The notes: generated by a model not told the origin, from the sequence alone. A stretch of 64,000 nt of DNA from Candidatus Levybacteria bacterium RIFCSPHIGHO2_01_FULL_41_15 (GCA_001782165.1 MFNV01000005.1:545-64544); one strand, 5' to 3'; positions 38,745-48,360 are shown, counted from the stretch's first letter. Numbers and translations are program-made.

Positions 38745-39980
38745 CTAAAGTAGAGCATCCAACAGATCTTCAAGATCGAATGAGAAACTAAAGTCAAAAT
38801 CGAAATCAAAGTCCGGGAAGTCTATTTCGGAATCGCTGCCAAAACTGTTAACATTTCCTGATGTGGAAACATCAACGTTTGATTCGGCATCTCCGGTTGT
38901 GACAGATGGATCTCCGTCTCCACCAGATGTATTACCATTGGCGTCGTTGTCTCCGGTTTCAACGTCTTCAACTTCGACCTCATTATCAACATCTGCATCA
39001 TTGTCCTGATCAACATTTAGATCAGAATCAACTTCGACATTGACATTGTTGTCTGAGTTTGCGCCGTTTCCGTCAACTTTAACGGTCAAATCACCGAACA
39101 CACATCCGCAATCAGTTTCTGCGTGGTTGAAGTTAACCATTGTATCAACTTCAACGTCTGATGTAGCATTTCCGGTGTCGATCATAACATCACCGTCTCC
39201 GGTGTTGTTGTTTGCATCGTTATCGCCTGTATCGGCATTAACCTCTACATCGTTATCAACGTCTGCATAATTATCCTGATCAACATCCAGATCGCTATTA
39301 ATATCTGCGGTTATATCATTATCGGAGTTTGAGCCGTTATCGGTTATCCAAAGGCTCAATGATTTCCCATCTTCATCGCCTCCTCCAACTACTGCTGAGT
39401 TGAGGTTAGCTGCTGTTGAGAGTGAAACATTGCCCTTGGCATTTCCGGTTGTTATAGAGACTCCTCCGTCTCCGGTATTACCGTTTGCGTCGTTGTCTCC
39501 TGTGTCAGCGTTGACATCAATCCAGTTATTAACATCAGCATCATTATCCTGATCGACATTTACGTCGTTCTTCACTTTAAGATCTACATCATTATTGGAT
39601 TCAGATCCGTTATTGCTGATTTTAACTGTGGAGTCTCCGGCGTTGCAACAATTAACATTTGCCGAGTTGGCATTAAGTGAATTTGTCACATTAACGTTTC
39701 CTTCAGCATTTCCGGTGTCGATTGAAACATCTCCTCCGGTGTTATTGTTTGCATCGTTGTCTCCTGTGTCAGCATTGACTTCTACATCATTGTTGACATC
39801 TGCATCGTTATTTTGAGTAACAGTTGTTGTCTGATTCAAAGTAACGGTGGCGTCATTGTCGGAATTTGATCCGTTACCGTTTATGGTGATCGTTGTATCT
39901 GCGAACGCGAGTGGTGCAAATGCATTAAGTATTAGCGCTCCGGTTGCAATTGCTACTCCTATTTTTCTTTTGTAGTCCAT
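38745..39980 (-). CDS. Secreted Asp/Asn-rich protein with four tandem ~85-aa repeats (candidate major matrix or filament subunit)
   Basis: Signal peptide ending AFA; four copies of 'NGxxSxN...QxNxADVxNxV..ADTGDNDANxNT....TGNA'; no anchor; strong SD GGAGGTGA. Confidence 0.85.
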   Translation of the reverse strand: MDYKRKIGVAIATGALILNAFAPLAFADTTITINGNGSNSDNDATVTLNQTTTVTQNNDADVNNDVEVNADTGDNDANNNTGGDVSIDTGNAEGNVNVTNSLNANSANVNCCNAGDSTVKISNNGSESNNDVDLKVKNDVNVDQDNDADVNNWIDVNADTGDNDANGNTGDGGVSITTGNAKGNVSLSTAANLNSAVVGGGDEDGKSLSLWITDNGSNSDNDITADINSDLDVDQDNYADVDNDVEVNADTGDNDANNNTGDGDVMIDTGNATSDVEVDTMVNFNHAETDCGCVFGDLTVKVDGNGANSDNNVNVEVDSDLNVDQDNDADVDNEVEVEDVETGDNDANGNTSGGDGDPSVTTGDAESNVDVSTSGNVNSFGSDSEIDFPDFDFDFDFSFSFDLEDLLDALL

Positions 39981-40074
39981 TTATGTTGTCACCTCCTCTC
40001 CTTTTTAGATTTCCTTTCCCCCCTCTTTTTTGAAAAAAAGGGAGAGGTTGCACTTTCTAATCCGTTTTTGTTTG

Positions 40075-40140
40075 AAACAAAAACGGAGGCTCCTTCATCC
40101 GATCCACCAATTAGCAGATCCGGTGAAAAAGCCTCCGTTT
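40075..40140 (-). terminator. Leader terminator whose 5' arm overlaps the 17-nt motif
   Basis: Minus strand AAACGGAGGCT...AGCCTCCGTTT-TTGTTT with an inner ttca-cggatc/gatcgg-tgaa stem. Confidence 0.7.
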
Positions 40141-40148
40141 GCGGTCAG
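40132..40148 (-). promoter_or_regulatory. 17-nt leader motif CTGACCGCAAACGGAGG, copy 2
   Basis: 9 nt downstream of the DUF2292-like gene stop; identical to 31215-31231. Confidence 0.85.
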
Positions 40149-40157
40149 CTTGTTATA

Positions 40158-40397
40158 TTAGTCTATATTTGTAAGTATATTTGTGTGTTTTCGATTTGTC
40201 AATACCTGTTTTTCATTCTTACTATTTTCTAACCGTTTACTTTCATCTCTTGTTGAAACTCTGGTCTTCTTGATATTCTTAACTGTAATCTGAGTAACTA
40301 CATTATCCTGAACATAGATCTCAACACTTCCCCACATCAGATCTTTCAAAGCCGAGTTTATTTCATCTACAAGTTGCGCCGTTGCCTTCTTGTTCAT
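40158..40397 (-). CDS. DUF2292 (YezD/OscA-like) small protein
   Basis: ALKDLMWGSVEIYVQDNVVTQI resembles the family's 'GSVxIxVxDxxVxQI' core, recognised from memory. Confidence 0.7.
   Translation of the reverse strand: MNKKATAQLVDEINSALKDLMWGSVEIYVQDNVVTQITVKNIKKTRVSTRDESKRLENSKNEKQVLTNRKHTNILTNID
40174..40202 (-). promoter_or_regulatory. Sigma70 promoter of the repeat-protein/sortase operon, inside the DUF2292 gene's 3' end
   Basis: TTGACA-aatcgaaaacacacaaa(17)-TATACT. Confidence 0.8.
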
Positions 40398-40398
40398 G

Positions 40399-41103
40399 TT
40401 AAAATTTTATGCTAATTTCTTCTTTCTTACCGGAGATTTCGCCTACCCGTAATTTTAGATTCCTATCCGTTTCGTTTATGGCAAACCCTACTCTTGTATA
40501 CTTTGTTGAAATTGGTTGTACCGAAACGGGGTCATTGTGGATATCAGGCGCTAGGAATTCATTTTTATTATTTACAGAAAGTCTTACATAATCAGATGTT
40601 TTTATTTCTATTGCCTGTGTGTATTGATTTATTAATTTAAGATCTAGAACAAGAAAAGTTCTACCCCGTACGGCTCTTGCCCGCTGACCCTTTACGATTA
40701 TAGAGTCATAAAGCCCTACCGTTTCTATCTTATACTTAAGAGTGCTTACCACATTTCCCTTATTATCCTTTATAGGAAACTCCATTTCTTTGTTTATGAT
40801 TTTTGTTGCTTTTGCCACTGATGGTGCAGGTTTTTCGTTTTCGTTTCCAACTATATTTACTACTTTTCTTCCAAAGAATAAAAATCCACCTAGAATTAAA
40901 ATTACAATAATAATAAAAGCAACCGGGAGTATTAAATTTCGATTCTTAAAATTTCTGAATAGATTAGAACTGAGAACCTTACTCAAGAGTACCTTGGTTT
41001 TTTCTTTTATATTCTGGGCTGGGTTTAAAGTTGAAAAGAAATTTCCAAAATTTCGAGGATTCAAAAGACGAGCGCGTCTTGAGGGTAAAGTGTTTTCTTC
41101 CAT
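40399..41103 (-). CDS. Single-TM protein with extracytoplasmic beta-sandwich (DUF4352-like)
   Basis: TM then FLVLDLKLIN...YVRL...VQPISTK...GF pattern. Confidence 0.65.
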   Translation of the reverse strand: MEENTLPSRRARLLNPRNFGNFFSTLNPAQNIKEKTKVLLSKVLSSNLFRNFKNRNLILPVAFIIIVILILGGFLFFGRKVVNIVGNENEKPAPSVAKATKIINKEMEFPIKDNKGNVVSTLKYKIETVGLYDSIIVKGQRARAVRGRTFLVLDLKLINQYTQAIEIKTSDYVRLSVNNKNEFLAPDIHNDPVSVQPISTKYTRVGFAINETDRNLKLRVGEISGKKEEISIKF

Positions 41104-41117
41104 AATTATTATTAAGT

Positions 41118-41141
41118 AAAAAAAAGCCCCTTTTACGGGGC
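41118..41141 (-). terminator. Terminator between promoter and 41103 gene (putative attenuator)
   Basis: GCCCC-gtaaaa-GGGGC-T8. Confidence 0.7.
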
Positions 41142-41162
41142 AGGCTGCTCTTGGTAGCTCGG

Positions 41163-41191
41163 ACTATAACAAAAGGAGAATCCCTTGTCAA
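41163..41191 (-). promoter_or_regulatory. Sigma70 promoter with extended -10
   Basis: TTGACA-17-TATAGT preceded by TGt. Confidence 0.75.
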
Positions 41192-41204
41192 TACCCAACA
41201 AGTT

Positions 41205-41717
41205 TTACTTTTCAAGATAAACTGTTATTTCTGTTTTTGAATCGGAATTTTTTTTGGAAATCTCCACATTGACTTTGAGCAAACTGTTTGCTCCTGCTAA
41301 TTTATTTAAGATATTTCTGTTTGAGGAAGTCTGGACGAAAGATTTAGCCTTCATGTTTAAACTTGTTATTTTTTCTTTATACCAGTCTGTTATCCTAGAT
41401 GAATCATCAAAACTCTGAAGACTAAGCTTATCCTCTGTTTGAAAAGAGACCGCGGATCCCGGATATATAAAAGATCCTACACTATACATAGTATTGTTGG
41501 CAGAACTTACGGGAGATGGAGTACTTTGAACTGTTGAATTATTTTTTGTCTGGTTAACAACAGTTGAAGTAGGCGTTAATGTCGGCGATGGGTAAGAGGT
41601 TGGGTTAGGAGTTGTCTGTTTTTTAACTTCCTCTGATTTATTAAAAAATGATTCCTGAGAGAAAGTAGCCAGTGCCAAAATAACAATAAGTATTATAAGA
41701 AGATTTAGGTTTTTCAT
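41205..41717 (-). CDS. Hypothetical exported protein with Pro/Thr/Ser linker
   Basis: Signal or TM segment, PT-rich stretch, YPGS domain. Confidence 0.7.
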   Translation of the reverse strand: MKNLNLLIILIVILALATFSQESFFNKSEEVKKQTTPNPTSYPSPTLTPTSTVVNQTKNNSTVQSTPSPVSSANNTMYSVGSFIYPGSAVSFQTEDKLSLQSFDDSSRITDWYKEKITSLNMKAKSFVQTSSNRNILNKLAGANSLLKVNVEISKKNSDSKTEITVYLEK

Positions 41718-41806
41718 GTTGCGTATACTATTATATATGTCCTGTCAAGGAAATATGAATTGAATACTGGACTGATTGGTAGTATAATCTCAAACCACAG
41801 TTTAAA

Positions 41807-43243
41807 ATGAAAAATTTAATAAGCTTTGTTATTTACCTATCTGTTTTCTTATCGTCTTTTTATTTACCTACTGACCCCGATCTTGGATGGCATTTGAAAT
41901 ATGGGGAATACTTTTTCAAAACAGGAAGGGTCCTCAGAGAAAATATATTTTCATCAATGATGCCCGATTATAAATGGGTAAACCATTCATGGGCATCTGA
42001 TCTTTTGGTTTACTTTTCTTTTAACAAGCTGGGATTTTTTGGGGTAAGTTTACTTGGAGCACTTGTTGTAACGCTAACTTTTATTTTTCTTACTAAAGCT
42101 TTCAAACTTTCTTTTTGGGACAAGGTAATTCTTGTTCCTATTGTTCTGTATTTAGTTAGTAATGTAAATGCGGTATCTTTCAGAACGCAACTGATTTCAT
42201 ATTTTTTTACCGGAGTACTTTTCTACATTATCTTTCTTTATAACAAAAATCCTAAAAATCTCTTGTGGGCAATACCTCTTTTCTTAATTTGGGCGAACTT
42301 TCATGGAGGCTTTATTATGGGAATAATACTTCTTGTCGGTTATCTTACAATAAAAAAGACTATTGAGGCTAAGGGTAATTTTAATATTAAATTTTTGCTT
42401 AGATTGGTTAAATTTGAAATACTTGTCCTTTTAGGAATTGTACTGGCGTCGCTACTTAATCCTTTTGGATACGGAGTTTACCTTGAGTCTTTAAATCATT
42501 TTGGAAATCCATGGCTTAAGTATGTTTCCGAATGGTCTCCTTTTTCCGATCAATCCTCCCAGTGGTGGAATCTTATAATTTTTATGATTTTATATATGGT
42601 CGGCGTTGCGATTCTTTTCTTAACAGGGAAATTAAATGAAAAACTTCCGATTGCTCTTTTGATACTTCCTTTTATCGCCTTGTCATTTTATGAACGAAGA
42701 TATGCTTGGTCAATGTACTATATTTCTTTTCCTGTTCTTTTGGGAATTTCTGATTTTTTCAAACCAAATTCAAAATCAAATCAAATTATTGCTGCCGGTA
42801 TAATTTCTATCATTACTTTAGTCTTTATTCTAAGCTCTAAAGTTCCCTTTGAAAGATATCTGACCATGAACTGGAAAGAATTTTGTTTGGCTGCGGCAAA
42901 CCAGTGCTCCTTTGGAACGCTTGAATTTATTTCGGAAAATCAACTTTCAAGCAATTTATCTACTCCCTATAGCTGGGGTGGCTGGATGATTTGGAACTTT
43001 CCTGATGTTAAACCGAGTATAGATGGCAGAATGCACCTCTGGGAAGACGATAAGGGCTACAGTGCTTTTGAAGAATACTACACCAATGTTCAGAACTGGG
43101 AAAGCATTGATAAATCTAAATATGACAGGGTCCTAGTCCTCAGATCAAAACCTATGTACGGAAGGCTTATTAAACTAACAAAAGAAGGAAAATGGAGATT
43201 GGTATATGGAGATAATGTTTCGGCAGTATTTGTAAGAAGATAG
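41807..43243 (+). CDS. GT-C-like multi-TM membrane protein
   Basis: DPDLGWHL, WVNHSW, WANFHGG, NPFG, SEWSP, IDGR. Confidence 0.7.
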   Translation: MKNLISFVIYLSVFLSSFYLPTDPDLGWHLKYGEYFFKTGRVLRENIFSSMMPDYKWVNHSWASDLLVYFSFNKLGFFGVSLLGALVVTLTFIFLTKAFKLSFWDKVILVPIVLYLVSNVNAVSFRTQLISYFFTGVLFYIIFLYNKNPKNLLWAIPLFLIWANFHGGFIMGIILLVGYLTIKKTIEAKGNFNIKFLLRLVKFEILVLLGIVLASLLNPFGYGVYLESLNHFGNPWLKYVSEWSPFSDQSSQWWNLIIFMILYMVGVAILFLTGKLNEKLPIALLILPFIALSFYERRYAWSMYYISFPVLLGISDFFKPNSKSNQIIAAGIISIITLVFILSSKVPFERYLTMNWKEFCLAAANQCSFGTLEFISENQLSSNLSTPYSWGGWMIWNFPDVKPSIDGRMHLWEDDKGYSAFEEYYTNVQNWESIDKSKYDRVLVLRSKPMYGRLIKLTKEGKWRLVYGDNVSAVFVRR

Positions 43244-44449
43244 CTATCCGATCCAATACCAGTTGATAAAAAATAGGGAAACTATAAATAGTCCTGCAAT
43301 AAATACAGCGAAAACCGCCTGATAGACAGGTCCTTTTAAAACCATTGATAAATATAAAAAAAGAGGAAAAGAAACCGTTTGATGTCGTGTGAAGGACATA
43401 AGATCGGAAAACATAAGAGGTGTTAACCAAAGGGAAAAAGATACAAGCCATAACTTCAAGGGAATTTTTTTTCTTCCCAGTAAAAGAAGCTGCAATGTTA
43501 TTAAAACAACCAGTGCATCGATTTTAGAGTTATGAAACAAATGTAATGGTAGCTTTAAGAAAGAAAGAATAGATAGAAAATTGTGGAGTAGTCTTAGAAG
43601 AGGAAATTCATTTGGAACCCAACTATCTCTTATTTCAATAAGATATGACAAGCTTCCTGTCTGAAAATAAATATAAATTAGAAAAACGATAAAAGGAGTA
43701 AAAGCAAAAACGGATTTTAAAATAATCTCCTTAATTTGGTAGAAATTCTTTTTACCTTTTAAAAATTTTGTTAAATAGTAGAAGAAAACCAAATTCAGTA
43801 ATATTCCATTACCCTTCGTAATATTTAGAAGCCCCAATAATAACGATGATAAAAAATATCTATTCAGAACCAGAAAGTAAGAAAACCAAGTGATAATTAA
43901 AAGAAGCATTCCTTCCGTAAAGTAACTTCTGTAGAAAATGCTGAATGGGAAAAAGAATAAAAGAAAAATGGTTTTTATTGCCAGTTCCTCTGAGAATAAT
44001 TTCTTGATTACGAAAAAAAGACTAAAAAAATTTAAGATAAGTAAAATATTTGTTAATACGAACGCGCTTAGCTCTATGTTTTTTAAAATGATGTTGAATA
44101 CAGATATGGCAAGCGGATAAAAGGGAAAAAATGCATAGGAAAGTCCACTAAGAACTGTTTTATTCTCGGTATCAATTATTGAGGACTTTCTAGGATACCC
44201 TACGTCCGCGATTCCTAAATACCACTGAGAGTCGTATTGCCCTAATGCATTTATAAACTTGAATTTTTTTAGTATAACCCGACTATCTTGGATATAATGA
44301 TGGGCATTATTAATATAATTATTGTTATTAAAAGGTACTTTGCTGTTAAATAGGAAAATAAATAAATATAGAGCTAAATTTAAGAAAACGAAAGCCATGA
44401 GGGATAAAATAAAATTTTTACTTTTCATTTCGCTTAGGATAAATCTCAT
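43244..44449 (-). CDS. PIG-V-like mannosyltransferase (GT-C)
   Basis: YDSQWYLGIA, AFFPFYP, YFTEG motifs. Confidence 0.75.
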   Translation of the reverse strand: MRFILSEMKSKNFILSLMAFVFLNLALYLFIFLFNSKVPFNNNNYINNAHHYIQDSRVILKKFKFINALGQYDSQWYLGIADVGYPRKSSIIDTENKTVLSGLSYAFFPFYPLAISVFNIILKNIELSAFVLTNILLILNFFSLFFVIKKLFSEELAIKTIFLLFFFPFSIFYRSYFTEGMLLLIITWFSYFLVLNRYFLSSLLLGLLNITKGNGILLNLVFFYYLTKFLKGKKNFYQIKEIILKSVFAFTPFIVFLIYIYFQTGSLSYLIEIRDSWVPNEFPLLRLLHNFLSILSFLKLPLHLFHNSKIDALVVLITLQLLLLGRKKIPLKLWLVSFSLWLTPLMFSDLMSFTRHQTVSFPLFLYLSMVLKGPVYQAVFAVFIAGLFIVSLFFINWYWIG

Positions 44450-44509
44450 ATGTTACTGTTATTGAACCGTGACGCTTTTGACAAGAGGCATCCGTTAGAG
44501 ACTAAACTT

Positions 44510-47500
44510 TTAAAGTCCTTCTTTCTTATGTCTTCTTCTGAGGAACCAAAAGAGGAAAATAGCAAAAATAATTACAAGTGCTGTTGCTGTCATTTTTTTC
44601 CATCCAAAACCTTTGTTTATTGTAATTAACGGTTTTTCTTCGGGCGCATTCTTTTCTTCTCCTAAAACTCCCTGGGTTGGCACCGGAGAAAGCTGCGCTT
44701 CAGGAGTTGTCTCTCCCAAAACTTCAGGCGCAAATCCGGTCGCAAGGGGCGAAATTAAAGCTCCCAAGACTTGGGGCACTCCGACAACATTTCCTGAACA
44801 ATCTTTAGATCCGCAACCCAAACCGTCCGATTGGCCATCTCCTCCGCCGCCTCCGCTAGTAGTAGCAGGACTGGTAGTCGTAACGCTCTTCTCATCGCCG
44901 ACTGCTTCAGGCGATCCATGGGAAACTGTTCTGTAAAAGTAAGTAGTTCCTGAGGTAAGTCCCGAAATATCAACCGAGTGAGAAGTAACCTTGGGATCGG
45001 CGTCTTCCTCGTCGGTTGAGTTGGCATATCCGTAATTTGGCGCTCCACCAAGTGATGGATGCGAAACAGAATCATATAGAACTCTTGAAGTAGCAGGGTC
45101 ATCTGTAATCCAGGTTATTGTGACTGATGTATCCGTCACAGAGCCTGATGTTTCATCGGATATCACCGGCGCAATGCCATACTCGGCCGTCAAGACGTCG
45201 CTGGGATTACCGGCGTTATCATAGGCAATTGCCTTAAGAGTCGTATCAACACCAATAGCAATTGGATCTGTGTATGGGGTTGATGAATTATCAGGTGTTG
45301 ATCCGTCTGTCGTGTAATAGATTCCTTCTAATCCTGTTCCACCGTCATCGTTGCTGGTTAGTGTTACTGATTGGTCGCTAAAGTAGTCGCCAGCTGCCGG
45401 ATCGGCAACAGGTATTAATGGGGGTGCCCCATCTGAGGTGGACCATTCTCCGTCTTCTAGTTCATTGCCGACCGCATCGTGAGTGCTTCTCGGGTCCAGG
45501 TCCCCACCACCTGAAGGAGTATAGGTAACAGTTGGAGTCGCTCCCGTATCAAAAGACTCCCCTTCGCTGAAGGTTAAAAGCAGTATGTTGTCATTCTCGC
45601 CTTCGCCTGTACCAATTGCCTCACCGCTGTAGGGATCGTCGACATCCCAGCCGTCAGGATTACCGGGATCTAACCTTGAATCGTCAATGTTTTCGGAGAA
45701 GGTTAGTTTGATAGCATCAATCTTGCCATTTCCATTTGTATCCTGAGTTTCGGCTGATTCCAGCGTCGGTGCGGTTGTATCGACTGTAAAGGGCGCCGAA
45801 TTAGAACCGAAATTGCCAGCCGCATCAAAGGCACCGACATAAAGTGTATGTTCCCCTTCACCGGGATAATCCATACCATTGGTAAACTCTGGCCCAAATA
45901 GGGTTTCGGCTAAAGAGTCGAAAAAGCCGTCGAGCGCCTCCAAGGGCTTGGCAAAGATAAAGTCTGGGTCGTCAACCGAAAAGATTGCCGAAACTATATT
46001 GGAAATGGCATCTACAGCATCTGCCAGAATCTGCGGCGGATGATTGGTTGGATCGGGTGATGCCGAAGGAGTGGAGACAAGCGGCGCGCTCACATCATAA
46101 GTGACGTACTCAACAACCGGGCTGTTTTCGGTGTTACCAGCCATGTCTGTCGCCTCAGCTTTAATGTCAAATGTTCCTTCGGTATCCGGAGTCCAGTTAA
46201 AAGACCACTCAAATGGATCGTTGTTCTGTTGAGAATCTGGAATTTCAATCCAGGGATTTTCTTCCTCCCCGGAAGTTCGGTAATAAAAATTGACATAATC
46301 AACGGTTGTAGCTGGTTCGTCTGTTGAGCTTCCGGAAATTTCAATTGGGATGTTCCAGAAACTTCCTTCTTCGGGAGAGTCAATTGTCGAAACTGGCGGG
46401 GTCGTGTCCGCTGTGTAATAAACCCGAACCGGAATCCAGTCAAGGAAAAAGTCGCGGCCGGCATTGGTCGAGTTCATCGTTGCCCGGACACGGAAATTTT
46501 CATTAGTGAACTCGTCCGCTGTCCATTCTCTATCCCAAGTATCTGCGGCACCTCCCAAAGAAGCCACGTGTTCCTTATTGGTTTCGGTAATGTCAGATTT
46601 TGCGCCAGTCCAATCGTCTCCACCGTTCCAAGACAGTTCAACATCCAAACTATTCTCCCCGCCTGTGGCGTCCAGACGCCAATCGGTCCTGACCTCAATG
46701 CCTCTAATTGTAGAGCCATCCGGAATCTCAAAGGGATTATAGTTATAGAAAATATGACTTTCGCCCGCTGCATTATTGGTGTGACTCGCTACAGAGCCTC
46801 CATCATCAAACGCACCTTCAGGATTATTTTCAAGGCCGTTACCACCGCTGGCTTCCTCTGCAATTGGGGATTTGTAATCGGTAGGCTGGTCGGAAGGCGC
46901 CGCAAAATCAACTATCAGCTGTGGACGTCTCAGCTCATTTCCCTGATCGCTTGATCTAAATTTACCTAATTTAGCAGTACCTGAATCCTCCGCTGAATCC
47001 CGAATTGCCCAGCCGTAATTTGCTAATTCATCGTTGACAAAAGCTTGGACATCGCCTGTGACATCCCACTGGCGCCAGACATTGTTTGAAGTACCGGTTG
47101 AAGTGGTGTCTGTGGCCGCGCCTGTATCAGCCGGCTGACTATTCCAGGCTAAGGTATCCTCATCCCATCCCTCAACGACTAGGCGGGCTTCATAATCTCT
47201 CGATGATGGAGGGGCATCGAACATAAACAGCCGCAAAGTCGCCTTGGTGATTTCAGAGCCGGCAGGAATCGCTGAAGTGTCAAATTTCACGAATGTCCGC
47301 TTGTTCTCATCTGTTTTACTTCTAACATGCAGCTCATCGCCGCCGCCCTTATTGGCATCGGCATTATTCTGTTCAGCCCAAGTGTCATCAATTGCCACAA
47401 GAACACCGTTTGCAATATCATCAGTGGCATCGACGGCGTTGTCGCCGTTGACATCGTTAACCAAAACGAAAACGGTGAAATGAGTAAGTCCTTTGATCGT

Positions 47501-48259
47501 TATGGTGTCAGTTGCAACTTCTTTTGGCTCGCCTAGCGTTTGGGCATTGCCAAGATCTTCTGTCGACTCGGCACTCTTTACAACTACCTCATCCTTATTA
47601 ACATTGGCAGGTACAGGCAAAGTCAGATTATACGCAAATGTGCCGTCTGCCATCGGCGAAGTGAATTCGTAAGCCGTGTCGGAAACTGCCGAAAGCTCTT
47701 CCTGTTGTTCGCTAGATAACTTGACTTCACTGACAATCAGTTTGTCCGAGGGGTCGGGTAATTTAGTAAAAGTAATTTTTACCTTATCGTTTTGAGGAGC
47801 ACTATAAGTCTGGCCTAAGACTACATTATTTATAGTAGTCGCCTTGCCGTCATCTGCTGTTTGCCATACTGCTGGAGCCAGTTGGGCGCTTACTGCTGAC
47901 TCCGGAGAATTCTCAATTGCACTTGGGGGAGAAAGATTATCAACTGTTGCCGGAGTTGGTGAGATAGCATCTTCAGAAATATCTGATGGAGGCTGCGAAA
48001 CTTCCTCTTTGGGCATTACCAAAACTTCCGGAGTTGCAACAGTAGAATCTTGTGCTGGTATTGGTGTTATATCCGAGGATGTAGGGCTTGCCGTCGGAGC
48101 TTCGGTAAGGACTGGACTATCCTGTACAACAGTTGGGACAGGAGATACTTCATCCTCAGCGAAAGCTTTCGGAGAAACAAAAAAATTAGCTCCTGTCGAT
48201 TGGATTATAATCGACAAAAGAGTAACTCCTACTAAAAATTTTTTGATTTTGGACTGCAT
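44510..48259 (-). CDS. Large modular surface protein (DNRLRE/CBM96-like, Ig-like, chitobiase/Fn3 domains) with C-terminal TM anchor
   Basis: Signal peptide; RTFVKFD..IP...ITKATLRL; DTTPP/DTTAP Ig repeats; IYYTTDGSTP; Fn3 (GLTSGTTYFYR); TM plus RRRHKK. Confidence 0.8.
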   Translation of the reverse strand: MQSKIKKFLVGVTLLSIIIQSTGANFFVSPKAFAEDEVSPVPTVVQDSPVLTEAPTASPTSSDITPIPAQDSTVATPEVLVMPKEEVSQPPSDISEDAISPTPATVDNLSPPSAIENSPESAVSAQLAPAVWQTADDGKATTINNVVLGQTYSAPQNDKVKITFTKLPDPSDKLIVSEVKLSSEQQEELSAVSDTAYEFTSPMADGTFAYNLTLPVPANVNKDEVVVKSAESTEDLGNAQTLGEPKEVATDTITIKGLTHFTVFVLVNDVNGDNAVDATDDIANGVLVAIDDTWAEQNNADANKGGGDELHVRSKTDENKRTFVKFDTSAIPAGSEITKATLRLFMFDAPPSSRDYEARLVVEGWDEDTLAWNSQPADTGAATDTTSTGTSNNVWRQWDVTGDVQAFVNDELANYGWAIRDSAEDSGTAKLGKFRSSDQGNELRRPQLIVDFAAPSDQPTDYKSPIAEEASGGNGLENNPEGAFDDGGSVASHTNNAAGESHIFYNYNPFEIPDGSTIRGIEVRTDWRLDATGGENSLDVELSWNGGDDWTGAKSDITETNKEHVASLGGAADTWDREWTADEFTNENFRVRATMNSTNAGRDFFLDWIPVRVYYTADTTPPVSTIDSPEEGSFWNIPIEISGSSTDEPATTVDYVNFYYRTSGEEENPWIEIPDSQQNNDPFEWSFNWTPDTEGTFDIKAEATDMAGNTENSPVVEYVTYDVSAPLVSTPSASPDPTNHPPQILADAVDAISNIVSAIFSVDDPDFIFAKPLEALDGFFDSLAETLFGPEFTNGMDYPGEGEHTLYVGAFDAAGNFGSNSAPFTVDTTAPTLESAETQDTNGNGKIDAIKLTFSENIDDSRLDPGNPDGWDVDDPYSGEAIGTGEGENDNILLLTFSEGESFDTGATPTVTYTPSGGGDLDPRSTHDAVGNELEDGEWSTSDGAPPLIPVADPAAGDYFSDQSVTLTSNDDGGTGLEGIYYTTDGSTPDNSSTPYTDPIAIGVDTTLKAIAYDNAGNPSDVLTAEYGIAPVISDETSGSVTDTSVTITWITDDPATSRVLYDSVSHPSLGGAPNYGYANSTDEEDADPKVTSHSVDISGLTSGTTYFYRTVSHGSPEAVGDEKSVTTTSPATTSGGGGGDGQSDGLGCGSKDCSGNVVGVPQVLGALISPLATGFAPEVLGETTPEAQLSPVPTQGVLGEEKNAPEEKPLITINKGFGWKKMTATALVIIFAIFLFWFLRRRHKKEGL

Positions 48260-48360
48260 ATTAGGGCTATTTTAAACTTATAGCCTTTCCTTTGCTCGGT
48301 ATAGTACTATAAGATAAATAAAAAGTCAATAGGTAATACTATTGCTTAAGAAATCAAAAT

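Noticed and set aside
33830-39900. CRISPR array or DGR template/variable repeat suggested by DNA repeats
   Set aside because: The repeats are in-frame protein repeats (RTX and NTGxN units); no repeat-spacer pattern, cas gene or reverse transcriptase is present.
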